A stretch of 64,000 bases of DNA from Gammaproteobacteria bacterium (GTDB taxonomy: Bacteria > Pseudomonadota > Gammaproteobacteria > Eutrophobiales > Eutrophobiaceae), in contig WVYN01000021.1 of the NCBI GenBank assembly GCA_011772965.1, positions 23,243 to 87,242 on the forward strand, given 5' to 3'. The position numbers and the translations under genes are program-made. How positions within the stretch are numbered: position 1 is the stretch's first letter; the number at the start of each line of letters is the position of its first letter. Under the pieces are notes generated by a model that was not told where the DNA came from, searched no databases, and saw nothing but the letters and a program-made list of their open reading frames with translations. This document shows, in pieces, positions 1-11,099 of this stretch.

Positions 1-1021
1 TCTTGTCCGGGAAATCAAATAATGACAGATACCCGCGATGTCTGAGGACACTGCTCTCTGCATCTTTCACACAATTTATAAATAGCTCCGCCAGTTCTTC
101 CGTTATCAACTTGTTTTGTGTACAGGTATCTGACCAGGCCCCTGACACCAGTTTTTTCAGCGTAGCGATAATCAGGGATGCAATTGCTATATCTGCCGCA
201 GGCGTTTCCTGGGTATCCAGTACCCTGATCTCAATGGTATTGCGATCGAAACGGGCGATGGCCCCACGTGAATTCAGCCATTCGTGTTGCAGTATCTTCT
301 GTGAATCATGGGGGGCAATGTCCTGATACATCGGTTCCAGGATGATCTTTTGGTATTCATCCTGGCTGCTGACGGACTCCGGGATGACCAGCCCGGTTAT
401 GCTGGGAATAGATTCGGCATTGCGCCGGTAGGCCTCAAGGCGGGTATCCATCAGGCCGGTGTAATCACAGTCTGATACCGGTGAACTGGCAGCAATCGCA
501 GGGAGTATTGGAAGAATGATTCGGATCGCCGCATGTAACAAGGCAAATTCCTCGTTATTGGCAAACGGCAGGTTAATGTGCGTGCTTTGCAGATTAGACC
601 AGCCGTGACCGCGGCAGTTGAAGATCCGGTTATACGTATCATAGATTTCGAATGAATCATGCTGCCAGAGCCTGGTTTCAAGAAACGGATTCATCCAGGG
701 ATGCATGGCAGTCGGCATAAGTTGCCCATTCAAGTTTTCCAGGATCCGGTTGATGTGCTGGATACTCAGCTGGAACTGATCCGGAAGCTGGACCAAAGAT
801 GCGGCTGGCCCATTGGTTTTCAATTCAATGACATGAGATACCAGTTCGTTGGACCAGGCGATGGGACCATCATCAACGTCATTGACGTATTCACCTGCAA
901 CTGATTTAAGAACCTCGTCTGCGACTGGTAGCACATTTCCCTGCTCACGGTCGACGATCATGTATTCAATTTCTATCCCAACCCCTGTGAACAGGGGTAG
1001 TATCCCATCCTGGTCGTTCAT
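1..1021 (-). CDS. Glutamate--cysteine ligase GCS2-family (COOH-NH2 ligase) protein; 3' end runs off the window
   Basis: Missing from the ORF track. Manual translation from ATG at 1021: MNDQDGILPLFTGVGIEIEYMIVD...WSNELVSHVIELKT...AMHPWMNP...HGWSNLQSTHINLPF...HEWLNSRGAIARFDRNTIEIRVLDTQE. GxExE, HxN and EIRxxD motifs are typical of GCS2. Start overlaps the upstream stop (ATGA). Confidence 0.8.
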   Translation of the reverse strand, partial: MNDQDGILPLFTGVGIEIEYMIVDREQGNVLPVADEVLKSVAGEYVNDVDDGPIAWSNELVSHVIELKTNGPAASLVQLPDQFQLSIQHINRILENLNGQLMPTAMHPWMNPFLETRLWQHDSFEIYDTYNRIFNCRGHGWSNLQSTHINLPFANNEEFALLHAAIRIILPILPAIAASSPVSDCDYTGLMDTRLEAYRRNAESIPSITGLVIPESVSSQDEYQKIILEPMYQDIAPHDSQKILQHEWLNSRGAIARFDRNTIEIRVLDTQETPAADIAIASLIIATLKKLVSGAWSDTCTQNKLITEELAELFINCVKDAESSVLRHRGYLSLFDFPDK

Positions 1022-2493
1022 GCAGGACCCAAGCCACGTTTTTTATTTTCTATGCGCTTCAGAAAGATGCCCATGATTTCTCTATACAGTGCATCCTTCA
1101 GCACCAGGTCCTCAATACCAGCGTCAATGTTCGGATTATCATTCACTTCAATGACGTAACACTTCTGACCGATCTGTTTCAGGTCGACCCCGTACAAACC
1201 GTCGCCGATCAGGTTGGCTGCTTTTAATGCTGTTTTAATAACTTCATCAGGTGCTTCACCAACGGACAAGGTATCAGAGCCGCCTTCACTGCTGTTGTTA
1301 CCGTCCTTATCCCGTTTGATGACCTGCCAGTGACGCCGCGCCATATGGTAACGGCAGGCATATAGGGCGCGTCGGTCACAGATACCCACACGCCAGTCGT
1401 AAGTTGTTGGCAGAAATTCCTGCGCAACAATGAGATCTGATTTGTTCAGAAGACGCATGACCTCTTCATTCAACTCTTCCTCAGTATCAACCTTGTTTAC
1501 ACCGAGTGAAAAAGCGCTATCAGGTTGTTTCAATACACAGGGAAGTCCCAGCGTTTCCATGATCTTGTCGATGTTATTACGGTGTATGATCATGGTTTTC
1601 GGGATAGGGATACCATGGCGGGTGAGGAGTTCCGCGAGATAAACCTTGTTGGTGCATTTCAGGATTGAATCCGGATCATCCATGACCACCAGACCTTCTG
1701 TTGCCGCGCGCTGGGCAAATCTAAAGGTATGATGATTGACTGCCGTGGTCTCACGAATAAACAAGGCATCAAATTCTGCCAGGCGATGCATGTCGTTGCG
1801 CGTGATTAATTCACAATCAAGACCTACAGATTCCGCCGCTTTCTGGAATTTTTTCAGGGCCCGCTCATTAGAAGGGGGTTCCTTGTCCTCCGGATTAACC
1901 AGGACCGCAATATCAAATCTGGGTGACGCACGCTTTCGGATACGGCGCTTGCGACCGGAAAAATAATCAGTAGCTGCCTGGACCACAAACTTGTGATGGT
2001 ATTCAGGGATTTCACTTGCGGAAATCATGCGTATGGAATTCAATTCCCATTTGCCATCGTCTTTCAGGAACTCTGCACGTAACAAGGGTGCATGGAAAAG
2101 ATCAAACAGTCGCATACTGAGGTTATTGTATTGCTTGGCAATGTTCCTCCCGAAATAAATGCTTAATGTAAACTTATTCGATTGTAGCCGCTTGCATGCC
2201 GATTGAATCTGTTCCTCCATTTCCTCGGAAAGGGTGCGGATAACAAACTGGGATTTCAGGTCCTGTATGGTATTGATGTCCGGCATGGGTTTATGCCCGC
2301 GTGCCGCAGCCAGCAATGAAACGTAATAGCCAGTGCTCTGATAACCGTAAGAACGGCAAAGGTTAAATACTTTCGCTGAACGATCCTCACTGTAAGTTGG
2401 GTCTGTCAGATAGGACCTTGCCGAGGTCACCACCACACCGGGAATGTGTAATGGCCATTTGTTCGGATTACTTACAACAAGGAGAATTGTCAT
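1018..2493 (-). CDS. RimK-like ATP-grasp amide ligase with N-terminal RLAN domain
   Basis: N-terminal VFNLCRSYGYQSTGYYVSLLAAARGH (RLAN-like). ATP-grasp motifs NKVYLAELL, PCVLKQPDSAFSLGV, QEFLP, GVDLK, IEVNDNPN. Confidence 0.85.
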   Translation of the reverse strand: MTILLVVSNPNKWPLHIPGVVVTSARSYLTDPTYSEDRSAKVFNLCRSYGYQSTGYYVSLLAAARGHKPMPDINTIQDLKSQFVIRTLSEEMEEQIQSACKRLQSNKFTLSIYFGRNIAKQYNNLSMRLFDLFHAPLLRAEFLKDDGKWELNSIRMISASEIPEYHHKFVVQAATDYFSGRKRRIRKRASPRFDIAVLVNPEDKEPPSNERALKKFQKAAESVGLDCELITRNDMHRLAEFDALFIRETTAVNHHTFRFAQRAATEGLVVMDDPDSILKCTNKVYLAELLTRHGIPIPKTMIIHRNNIDKIMETLGLPCVLKQPDSAFSLGVNKVDTEEELNEEVMRLLNKSDLIVAQEFLPTTYDWRVGICDRRALYACRYHMARRHWQVIKRDKDGNNSSEGGSDTLSVGEAPDEVIKTALKAANLIGDGLYGVDLKQIGQKCYVIEVNDNPNIDAGIEDLVLKDALYREIMGIFLKRIENKKRGLGPA

Positions 2494-3206
2494 CTCTTTT
2501 TCTCTTTTCGCGGATGGATGACCAGCAGGTTGGCGTCATAAGTCAGCACGCCGAGCAGGATGGCACAGATGACCCGATCAATATTCACCGGGTAAAGCTG
2601 TGAAGTTGCCATCGGGTTGGGTAGCGAGGGGTCAGCAACCAGTATGGTTCGATCTTCCCAGTGATAGCCGCTTAAAATCACGAAATGTCCGGAAGGCATT
2701 CCACGAATATCGTCATCAACATCCTTGGGCCCGAATTCACGCATGGTGCGGTAAAGATAAGTTGAGCTGAGCCCTGTTAGTATCGGCAACTTGCGTTTAA
2801 TGAGGTTACGTAAGAGCCTGGTGTTAAGATCCCTGAATTCCAGTTCACCACCGAGTTTCAGATATTCGAGGTAGCCGTCTGTCGCATGCTGTAATTTTTT
2901 ATCCTGCTTGACCTCGGCCTGACATTGCAGGCGTTCAGCTATATCAGTGTCCGGATTGGAAAACCAGGTCGGGTCGAACATCTGCAGGTTATAGGTATAG
3001 ATGGTGCAAGCATACCCACGCCTTAACGCGGCACAGGCAAGAAACACTGCCAGCGTGCCGCCGGCATCGAGCATCCGCGTTTCATTTATAACATCCGTCA
3101 ATGGAATATCATCACCGTAATAATTTAAGACGGCATGAAGGCAGGTAGGGCCACAGGCGGCATCATCCGGTTGTGGCAGGATTGGGATGCTGAGTTGTAT
3201 GTCCAT
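2490..3206 (-). CDS. Peptidase C39-like (papain-fold) protein
   Basis: QPDDAACGPTCL (Gln/Cys), GHFVIL (His) and VADP (Asp) give an intact Cys-His-Asp triad. ATGA overlap with the ATP-grasp gene. Confidence 0.75.
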   Translation of the reverse strand: MDIQLSIPILPQPDDAACGPTCLHAVLNYYGDDIPLTDVINETRMLDAGGTLAVFLACAALRRGYACTIYTYNLQMFDPTWFSNPDTDIAERLQCQAEVKQDKKLQHATDGYLEYLKLGGELEFRDLNTRLLRNLIKRKLPILTGLSSTYLYRTMREFGPKDVDDDIRGMPSGHFVILSGYHWEDRTILVADPSLPNPMATSQLYPVNIDRVICAILLGVLTYDANLLVIHPRKEKKR

Positions 3207-3399
3207 GATAATGGAACGGGCAGACAGAATCAGTCCGCCGGGATGCAGGAAAACATAAGGGTAAGGGTATGTTTCATTCCCAGTTTCTGGTTGGCCTCAA
3301 CTCCTCCGGGATAAAAGTGGCGCTATATTACGATGAGTGCAGATTTGCGCAACAGATAAATCTGCTACCGACAGGCGGGATCCCGGCGAGCTCCCCGCA

Positions 3400-3428
3400 T
3401 GGACATTGCAGTACCAGATCAGTAAAAT
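3400..3428 (+). promoter_or_regulatory. Putative sigma70 promoter of carAB
   Basis: TGGACA (3400-3405), 17-nt spacer, TAAAAT (3423-3428). Confidence 0.55.
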
Positions 3429-3445
3429 TCGCCCTGTTATTTGTG

Positions 3446-3476
3446 ACGGGAGTAACCCAGTGGTTACTCCCGTTTT
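3446..3476 (+). terminator. Intrinsic terminator/attenuator hairpin in the carA leader
   Basis: Perfect 12-bp stem ACGGGAGTAACC-cagt-GGTTACTCCCGT followed by a short T run, lying between the promoter and the carA start. Confidence 0.7.
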
Positions 3477-3507
3477 CTACGTCTGACGTATTCATCTGGA
3501 GGGTTAT

Positions 3508-4635
3508 TTGAAACAACCGGCGTTGTTGGCACTGGCGGACGGGACGGTATTTCATGGCACGTCCATAGGCGCTGTGGGGCAGGCAGCAGGGGAAGTTGTT
3601 TTCAATACGGCCATCACCGGTTACCAGGAAATTCTCACCGATCCCTCTTATTTCCAGCAGATCGTCACGCTTACCCAGCCGCATATCGGCAATGTCGGAA
3701 CCAACAGGGATGATCAGGAATCCGCCAGGACCTATGTCAGCGGACTCGTGATTCGGGACCTGCCACTGCAACACAGCAGTTGGCGTTCCGAGGAATCCCT
3801 GGAAGATTACCTTCACCGCAACCGGGTAGTGGCCATTGCCGATATCGATAGCCGGCGGCTGACCCGACTATTACGCGACAAGGGCGCCCAGAATGCCTGT
3901 ATTGCAGGTGGACCCGACATCAATGTCGAAAAGGCACTGGTCCAGGCCCGTGAGTTTCCCGGGCTCAAGGGAGCGGACCTCGCGCAGGATGTATCGACAG
4001 ATACCCCTTATCAGTGGACGGGGGGCACCTGGCAGCTTGGTCCGGATAAACACAGTTTACCGGCAAAAGCATTCAAGGTGGTTGCCTACGATTATGGCAT
4101 CAAGCGCAATATCCTCCGCCTGCTGGTCGATGCTGGTTGCGATCTGACCGTGGTGCCGGCAAAAACTCCAGCCAGGGAAATTCTGGCTGAAAAACCCGAT
4201 GGGGTATTTCTTTCCAACGGACCCGGTGATCCCGATCCATGTGACTATGCCATTGAGGCTATTCGGGAAATCATAGCCAGCAAGACACCGACCTTCGGGA
4301 TCTGTCTGGGACACCAGTTACTGGGGCTGGCCTGTGGAGCGAAGACCTCGAAAATGAAATTCGGCCACCATGGCGCCAACCACCCGGTCCAAGATCTGGC
4401 AACCCGGCAGGTGTTGATCACCAGCCAGAACCACGGTTTTGCAGTTGACGAAGACAGTTTGCCAAACAATCTGGTGGCGACCCATCGTTCGTTATTTGAT
4501 GGCACCTTGCAGGGAGTGCACCACACTGAATTACCGGCCTTCGGTTTTCAGGGCCATCCCGAGGCCAGCCCAGGTCCACATGATGTGCGGGGCCTGTTTC
4601 AGCATTTTGTGGAACTGATGCGGGGTACGTCATAG
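3508..4635 (+). CDS. carA: Carbamoyl-phosphate synthase small subunit
   Basis: [53 protein letters not shown] start with GGAGG RBS. Confidence 0.98.
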   Translation: MKQPALLALADGTVFHGTSIGAVGQAAGEVVFNTAITGYQEILTDPSYFQQIVTLTQPHIGNVGTNRDDQESARTYVSGLVIRDLPLQHSSWRSEESLEDYLHRNRVVAIADIDSRRLTRLLRDKGAQNACIAGGPDINVEKALVQAREFPGLKGADLAQDVSTDTPYQWTGGTWQLGPDKHSLPAKAFKVVAYDYGIKRNILRLLVDAGCDLTVVPAKTPAREILAEKPDGVFLSNGPGDPDPCDYAIEAIREIIASKTPTFGICLGHQLLGLACGAKTSKMKFGHHGANHPVQDLATRQVLITSQNHGFAVDEDSLPNNLVATHRSLFDGTLQGVHHTELPAFGFQGHPEASPGPHDVRGLFQHFVELMRGTS

Positions 4636-4637
4636 CG

Positions 4638-7600
4638 ATGCCAAAGCGTAGCGATATTAACAGCATTCTGATCATCGGCGCCGGGCCGATCGTGATTGGC
4701 CAGGCCTGCGAGTTTGATTATTCCGGTGCGCAGGCCTGCAAGGCACTCAAGGAAGAGGGTTACCGGGTGATTCTGGTGAATTCCAACCCGGCCACAATCA
4801 TGACTGATCCGGAGATGGCTGATGCTACCTATATTGAACCGGTAAACTGGAAAGTCGTGGAGCGCATCATCGCCAAGGAGCATCCGGATGTGATCTTGCC
4901 CACCATGGGTGGGCAGACCGCGCTGAATTGCGCACTGGACCTGGCACGCGAGGGTATCCTCGAAAAATATAATGTCGAACTGATTGGCGCCAATCAGGAT
5001 GCGATTGACAAGGCCGAGGACCGCGAGCGCTTCCGTGAGGCCATGAAACAGATTGGCCTCAAGATGCCGCATTCCGGTCTGGCCCATGATATGCATCAGG
5101 CCAAGATCATCCAGGAAGAGATTGGTTTCCCGATCATCATTCGACCGTCATTCACGCTGGGCGGCAGCGGTGGCGGCATTGCCTACAATCGCGAGGAATT
5201 CCAGGAGATCTGTGAACGCGGGCTGGATGCATCACCCACCAATGAAATCCTGCTGGAGCAGTCAATCCTCGGCTGGAAAGAGTATGAAATGGAGGTGGTG
5301 CGTGATCATGAGGACAACTGCATCATTATTTGCTCCATTGAAAATCTGGATCCCATGGGGGTCCACACCGGTGATTCTATTACCATCGCCCCGGCTATCA
5401 CGCTGACTGACAAGGAATACCAACTCATGCGTAATGCCTCGATTGCGGTATTGCGTGAGATCGGTGTTGATACCGGCGGTTCCAACGTCCAGTTTGCCGT
5501 TAACCCGGACGACGGTGAACTGATCATTATTGAGATGAATCCCCGGGTATCACGTTCCTCGGCACTGGCCTCCAAGGCGACCGGTTTCCCGATTGCCAAG
5601 GTCGCGGCCAAGCTTGCTGTCGGCTACACGCTTGATGAACTGGAAAACGAGATAACGGGTGGTGCTACACCGGCCTCGTTTGAACCCACCATTGATTATA
5701 TTGTTACCAAGATACCGAGATTTACCTTTGAGAAGTTTCCGCAGGCCGATGACCGCCTGACCACCCAGATGAAATCTGTGGGCGAGGTGATGGCGATTGG
5801 CCGTACCTTCCAGGAGTCCCTGCAAAAGGCTATACGTGGGTTGGAGATCGGGCGCGACGGATTTAATGAACTGGTACCCCGCGATCTGGCGCATGAAGAT
5901 GCCCTTGAATTGATTCAGCGTGAGCTCCGAGTACCTCGCGCTGACCGCCTCTGGTATGCGGCCGAGGCCTTTCGTTATGGTATGACCATTGAAGAAGTCC
6001 ACGAATGTTCAAAAATAGATCGCTGGTTCCTCACCCAGGTTGCCGATATCGTCAATGAAGAAATCAACCTGACGCAGATGGCAATCGAGGAACTTGCTGC
6101 TGATCGTCTGCGCGAACTCAAGCGCATGGGATTTTCCGACAGTCGTCTGGCCTGGTTGCTGGATAGCGATGAGATCTCGATCCGCGAATTGCGGCATGAA
6201 CATAATATTCGTCCGGTTTACAAGCGGGTGGACTCCTGTGCCGCGGAATTTGCCGCGACCACAGCTTACATGTATTCGACTTACGAGGAAGAATGCGAGG
6301 CTGAGCCCAGTGAGCGCAAGAAGATTATGGTGCTGGGTGGCGGCCCGAACCGGATTGGCCAGGGCATTGAGTTTGATTACTGTTGTGTACAGGCCGCACT
6401 GGCCATGCGTGAAGTGGGCTATGAAACGATCATGGTTAACTGCAATCCAGAGACCGTGTCTACAGATTACGATACGTCTGATCGTCTCTATTTCGAACCG
6501 CTGACACTGGAAGACGTGCTGGAGATCATTGACCTGGAAAAACCTTATGGGGTCATCGTTCAGTACGGCGGGCAGACACCATTAAAACTGGCCCGTGATT
6601 TGGACGCCGCCGGCGCCCCTATTATTGGTACCTCACCGAATTCCATCGACCTGGCCGAGGACCGTGAGCGATTCCAGAAACTGCTAGTCGAACTGGATCT
6701 TATGCAACCCCCGAATCGCACGGCGCGAAATGATGAACAGGCGGTGGAACTGGCCAACGAGATTGGCTACCCGCTGGTAGTACGTCCTTCCTATGTCCTG
6801 GGCGGCCGGGCCATGGAGATTGTATACAATGAAAAGGAATTACGTAGCTACATACGCGATGCCGTGGCTGTCTCGAACGAATCACCTGTGCTGCTGGACC
6901 GTTTCCTGCGCGATGCCATTGAAGTGGATGTGGATGCCATCTGTGACGGCAATACCGTCGTTATCGGCGGCATCATGCAACACATTGAACAGGCCGGTGT
7001 GCACTCCGGTGATTCTGCCTGTTCATTGCCGCCCTACAGTTTGGATGAAGGTATTCAACAACGGATTGGCAACCAGGTCTGTGCCATGGCGAAAAAACTG
7101 AATGTGGTAGGTTTGATGAACACCCAGTTAGCCATCCAGGGCGATGATATCTATGTCCTCGAGGTCAATCCCAGGGCCTCACGCACTGTGCCATTCGTGT
7201 CAAAAGCGACCGGCATCTCGCTGGCCCGGGTGGCAGCAAAATGCATGGTTGGACTGCCTCTGGCGGAACAGGGAGTCACAACGGTCAAGATGCCATCGTA
7301 TTACTCCGTTAAGGAGTCTGTATTTCCGTTCATTAAATTCCCAGGTGTTGATTCCCTGCTCGGTCCTGAAATGAAATCCACCGGTGAGGTCATGGGTATC
7401 GGTATGACATTTGCCGAGGCCTTCGCCAAGGGCCAACTGGCTGTGGGTGAAAACATCTCCAATTCAGGGCTGGCGTTTATCAGTGTCCGTGATGAAGACA
7501 AGGCAGAAGCTGTGAAGGTGGCGAGGGAACTCGCCAATATCGGTTTCCTGTTGTGTGGCACACACGGTACGGCGAGGGCACTCAGGGATGCCGGTCTGGA

Positions 7601-7862
7601 ATGCCTAGGTGTGAACAAGGTCAGGGAAGGACAACCTCATATCGTTGATATGTTGAAAAATGATGAAATAGACCTCATAGTGAATACTACCGAAGACAAG
7701 CAAGCAATTGCCGATTCCTATTCCATCCGCCGTACCGCTCTGAATCACAAGGTGTTTTATACCACGACCATGGCCGGAGCCCATGCCACCGTTCTTGCAT
7801 TGAAGCAGGGTAATTCAACGGCTGTGAACAGCTTGCAGGAATTACATAGGGAATTCACATAA
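4638..7862 (+). CDS. carB: Carbamoyl-phosphate synthase large subunit
   Basis: [30 protein letters not shown]; duplicated ATP-grasp; C-terminal MGS domain; 1074 aa. Confidence 0.99.
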   Translation: MPKRSDINSILIIGAGPIVIGQACEFDYSGAQACKALKEEGYRVILVNSNPATIMTDPEMADATYIEPVNWKVVERIIAKEHPDVILPTMGGQTALNCALDLAREGILEKYNVELIGANQDAIDKAEDRERFREAMKQIGLKMPHSGLAHDMHQAKIIQEEIGFPIIIRPSFTLGGSGGGIAYNREEFQEICERGLDASPTNEILLEQSILGWKEYEMEVVRDHEDNCIIICSIENLDPMGVHTGDSITIAPAITLTDKEYQLMRNASIAVLREIGVDTGGSNVQFAVNPDDGELIIIEMNPRVSRSSALASKATGFPIAKVAAKLAVGYTLDELENEITGGATPASFEPTIDYIVTKIPRFTFEKFPQADDRLTTQMKSVGEVMAIGRTFQESLQKAIRGLEIGRDGFNELVPRDLAHEDALELIQRELRVPRADRLWYAAEAFRYGMTIEEVHECSKIDRWFLTQVADIVNEEINLTQMAIEELAADRLRELKRMGFSDSRLAWLLDSDEISIRELRHEHNIRPVYKRVDSCAAEFAATTAYMYSTYEEECEAEPSERKKIMVLGGGPNRIGQGIEFDYCCVQAALAMREVGYETIMVNCNPETVSTDYDTSDRLYFEPLTLEDVLEIIDLEKPYGVIVQYGGQTPLKLARDLDAAGAPIIGTSPNSIDLAEDRERFQKLLVELDLMQPPNRTARNDEQAVELANEIGYPLVVRPSYVLGGRAMEIVYNEKELRSYIRDAVAVSNESPVLLDRFLRDAIEVDVDAICDGNTVVIGGIMQHIEQAGVHSGDSACSLPPYSLDEGIQQRIGNQVCAMAKKLNVVGLMNTQLAIQGDDIYVLEVNPRASRTVPFVSKATGISLARVAAKCMVGLPLAEQGVTTVKMPSYYSVKESVFPFIKFPGVDSLLGPEMKSTGEVMGIGMTFAEAFAKGQLAVGENISNSGLAFISVRDEDKAEAVKVARELANIGFLLCGTHGTARALRDAGLECLGVNKVREGQPHIVDMLKNDEIDLIVNTTEDKQAIADSYSIRRTALNHKVFYTTTMAGAHATVLALKQGNSTAVNSLQELHREFT

Positions 7863-7872
7863 AGGAGTTGTT

Positions 7873-8349
7873 ATGAGCAAGGCACCCATTACCGCAAAAG
7901 GTGCACTACGATTGCGTGAGCAACTGAAAGCCATGAAGACAGTTGATCGGCCCCGGATCACCGAAGCCATTGCGGAAGCACGCGCGCACGGCGACCTCAG
8001 TGAGAATGCGGAATATCATGCTGCGCGTGAACAGCAGAGTTTCCTTGAGGGACGTATTGCATCCATTGAATCCGCACTGGCCGATGCGCAGATCATCGAA
8101 GTCGCCAACCTGGAATCAGAGGGTCGTGTGGTTTTCGGTGCGACGATCGAACTCATGAACCTTGAAAATAAGCAAGAGGTCACTTACCAAATCGTGGGTG
8201 AAATTGAGGCAGACATCGAACAAGGCTTGATCTCCATTACTTCTCCAGTAGCCCGGGCATTGATTGGCAAGGAAGAAGGGGAAGTCGTCGAGGTCAAGGC
8301 ACCTGGTGGCGTACAGGAGTATGAGATACTCGTCGTGCGTTACGAATGA
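7873..8349 (+). CDS. greA: Transcription elongation factor GreA
   Basis: [26 protein letters not shown]; follows carB. Confidence 0.97.
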   Translation: MSKAPITAKGALRLREQLKAMKTVDRPRITEAIAEARAHGDLSENAEYHAAREQQSFLEGRIASIESALADAQIIEVANLESEGRVVFGATIELMNLENKQEVTYQIVGEIEADIEQGLISITSPVARALIGKEEGEVVEVKAPGGVQEYEILVVRYE

Positions 8350-8399
8350 CGTTTAAGTTGGCCGTCACTAACGCTTACCGCTGTTTATAATTTTCCCTG

Positions 8400-9035
8400 A
8401 TGTCCAGAAGACCACATGCCAGAAAACCCAGCAGCCAGCGCTGGTTGCAAAGGCAACACCGTGATCCCTTTGTTAAACAGGCGCAGCGATCAGACTATCG
8501 CTCCCGCGCGGTTTTCAAGCTGATCGAGGTTGATGAAAAGGACAACCTTTTTCGTCCGGGGCAATTGGTAGTAGACCTCGGGGCAGCGCCAGGAAGCTGG
8601 TCACAATATGCCGCCAAAAAAACCGGGAAACAGGGTCGCGTGATTGCTGTCGATATTTTGCCCATGGACAATATAAAAGGAGTCAGTTTTATTCAGGGAG
8701 ACTTCAGGGAACAGGAGGTCCTTGACGCCTGTCTAAGTGCCCTGGGAGGTAACAGGGCAGACCTTGTAATCTCCGATATGGCCCCCAATATATCTGGTAT
8801 AAAATCAAGCGATCAAACCCGCAGCGTACATCTGGCCGAGTTGGCCAGGGATCTCGCGCTGGAAGTCCTGCAACCGGGAGGCGATATTCTGGTCAAACTG
8901 TTTCAGGGAGAAGGTGTGGATGAATTCAGGAAAAGCCTTCAGGAACATTTTCCCCGGATCATCTCTCGAAATCCCCAAGCTTCCAGGGAAAGTTCCAGGG
9001 AATTTTATCTCTTGGGGCGTGACTATCGACCCTAA
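8400..9035 (+). CDS. rlmE: 23S rRNA Um2552 methyltransferase RlmE/FtsJ
   Basis: YRSRAVFKL, VDLGAAPGSWSQY, SDMAPN; upstream of ftsH. Confidence 0.96.
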   Translation: MSRRPHARKPSSQRWLQRQHRDPFVKQAQRSDYRSRAVFKLIEVDEKDNLFRPGQLVVDLGAAPGSWSQYAAKKTGKQGRVIAVDILPMDNIKGVSFIQGDFREQEVLDACLSALGGNRADLVISDMAPNISGIKSSDQTRSVHLAELARDLALEVLQPGGDILVKLFQGEGVDEFRKSLQEHFPRIISRNPQASRESSREFYLLGRDYRP

Positions 9036-9095
9036 GACCCTAATATGGTGTTATAGTTAACTGTATGAAATATTTCCGAATAAGAGGTATTTGAT

Positions 9096-11012
9096 TTGAA
9101 CGAGACTGCCAGAACACTGGTTCTAATGATTGTCATTACACTGGTCTTGATGCTGGTGTTTAAAAACCTTTCTGCGCCCATTGTCACCAACGTGCCGTAC
9201 TCAACCTTCATCAGCGAGGTGAAGACAGGCAATGTCAAACAGGTCACGATTGAAGGCAATAAAATCTCGGGCAAACGTGTCGATGATTCACGTTTTTCAA
9301 CCTACAGCCCCGAGACAAATAATGATGCGCTGATCGGGACATTACTGAATAATAATGTCGAGATTACCGGACTGGAACCGGACAATTCCCTCTGGGCCCA
9401 CGCGCTCATCTCCTGGTTCCCCATTCTGTTGTTACTGGGTATCTGGATATACTTTATGCGTCAGATGCAGGGTGGTGGAGGTCGAGGGGGAGCTTTGTCG
9501 TTTGGCAAGAGTCGTGCCCGTCTCCTCGGTGAAGATCAGGTCAAGGTCACCTTCAATGATGTAGCCGGTATAGAAGAGGCCAAGGAAGAGGTCAATGAGC
9601 TGGTCGAATTCCTGCGTGACCCCGGCAAGTTTCAGAAACTTGGTGGCAAGATCCCGCGCGGGGTTCTCATGGTTGGTCCTCCGGGTACTGGTAAGACGCT
9701 GCTGGCACGCGCTATCGCCGGTGAGGCAAAAGTACCATTTTTCACCATTTCAGGTTCCGACTTTGTCGAGATGTTCGTGGGTGTCGGCGCATCACGTGTG
9801 CGTGATATGTTTGAGAACGCCAAGAAACATGCCCCATGTATCATTTTCATTGACGAGATCGATGCAGTAGGGCGTCATCGTGGTGCCGGTCTGGGTGGCG
9901 GTCATGATGAACGCGAACAGACACTGAACCAGTTGTTAGTAGAGATGGACGGTTTTGAAGGTAACGAGGGCGTGATTGTTATCGCCGCAACTAACCGTCC
10001 CGATGTGCTTGACCCTGCCTTGTTAAGGCCTGGCCGTTTTGACCGTCAGGTTGTCGTGCCGTTGCCGGACATCCGCGGTCGGGAACAGATATTGAAAGTA
10101 CACATGCGCAAGGTCCCCCTGGACGATAATGTGAAACCTTCAATTATTGCCCGGGGTACCCCCGGTTTTTCCGGCGCTGATCTTTCCAATCTGGTCAATG
10201 AGGCAGCGTTGTTTGCCGCTCGCGCAAATAAAAAACTTGTCGATATGGATGATTTCGAGCGTGCCAAGGACAAGATCATGATGGGTGCAGAACGCCGCTC
10301 TATGGTCATGAGTGAAAAAGACAAACGTCTTACCGCATATCATGAGGCGGGTCATGCTATAGTCGGACTACTGGTACCGTCGCATGATCCGGTTTACAAG
10401 GTAACAATTATCCCCCGCGGGCGGGCACTGGGTGTCACCATGTATCTGCCGGAAGAGGACAAGTACAGTCAGAGCAAGGAACAACTCGAAAGCATGATTT
10501 CCTCGATGTTCGGTGGCCGACTGGCAGAAGAGATCGTCTTTGGCCATGAGCATGTCACCACGGGTGCCAGTAACGACATCGAGCGAGCGACACAAATTGC
10601 CCGTAACATGGTGACTCGCTGGGGTCTTTCAGACAAACTCGGTCCTCTGACCTACAGCGAGGAAGAAGACGAAGTCTTTCTTGGTCATTCAGTGACCAAG
10701 CACAAGGCCATCTCCGACGAGACCACGCACCTCATCGATGAAGAAATAAAGAACATCATCGATCGTAATTATCGCCGTGCCGAAAAACTTCTGACGGATA
10801 ATCGCGACAAGTTGGATATGATGGCTGATGCCTTGATGAAGTATGAAACCATCGACAGGGACCAGATCGATACCATCATGCAAGGCAAGGAACCAGGACC
10901 GCCCGCTGACTGGGATGATGACGATCATCCGGATAACGCCAGCAAGGTGGAAAACGGTGAGTCCAGTAAAGAAGATACGCCTCACGGTGAACCACCGGCA
11001 AGGCCCGCTTAA
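9096..11012 (+). CDS. ftsH: ATP-dependent zinc metalloprotease FtsH
   Basis: Two TM segments, Walker [22 protein letters not shown] zinc motif. TTG start with GAGG RBS. Confidence 0.98.
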   Translation: MNETARTLVLMIVITLVLMLVFKNLSAPIVTNVPYSTFISEVKTGNVKQVTIEGNKISGKRVDDSRFSTYSPETNNDALIGTLLNNNVEITGLEPDNSLWAHALISWFPILLLLGIWIYFMRQMQGGGGRGGALSFGKSRARLLGEDQVKVTFNDVAGIEEAKEEVNELVEFLRDPGKFQKLGGKIPRGVLMVGPPGTGKTLLARAIAGEAKVPFFTISGSDFVEMFVGVGASRVRDMFENAKKHAPCIIFIDEIDAVGRHRGAGLGGGHDEREQTLNQLLVEMDGFEGNEGVIVIAATNRPDVLDPALLRPGRFDRQVVVPLPDIRGREQILKVHMRKVPLDDNVKPSIIARGTPGFSGADLSNLVNEAALFAARANKKLVDMDDFERAKDKIMMGAERRSMVMSEKDKRLTAYHEAGHAIVGLLVPSHDPVYKVTIIPRGRALGVTMYLPEEDKYSQSKEQLESMISSMFGGRLAEEIVFGHEHVTTGASNDIERATQIARNMVTRWGLSDKLGPLTYSEEEDEVFLGHSVTKHKAISDETTHLIDEEIKNIIDRNYRRAEKLLTDNRDKLDMMADALMKYETIDRDQIDTIMQGKEPGPPADWDDDDHPDNASKVENGESSKEDTPHGEPPARPA

Positions 11013-11099
11013 TCAAGTAACGATTTGATGGAAAGTTCAGTTCACAGGTAATCTTGCCGAAAGCTGAACCGTATCACACAAGCATCCAAGGGGCCCTTT

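Noticed and set aside
3-1076. Track ORFs 3..326, 451..681, 659..904 and 849..1076
   Set aside because: All overlap the unlisted minus-strand GCS2 frame that starts at 1021.
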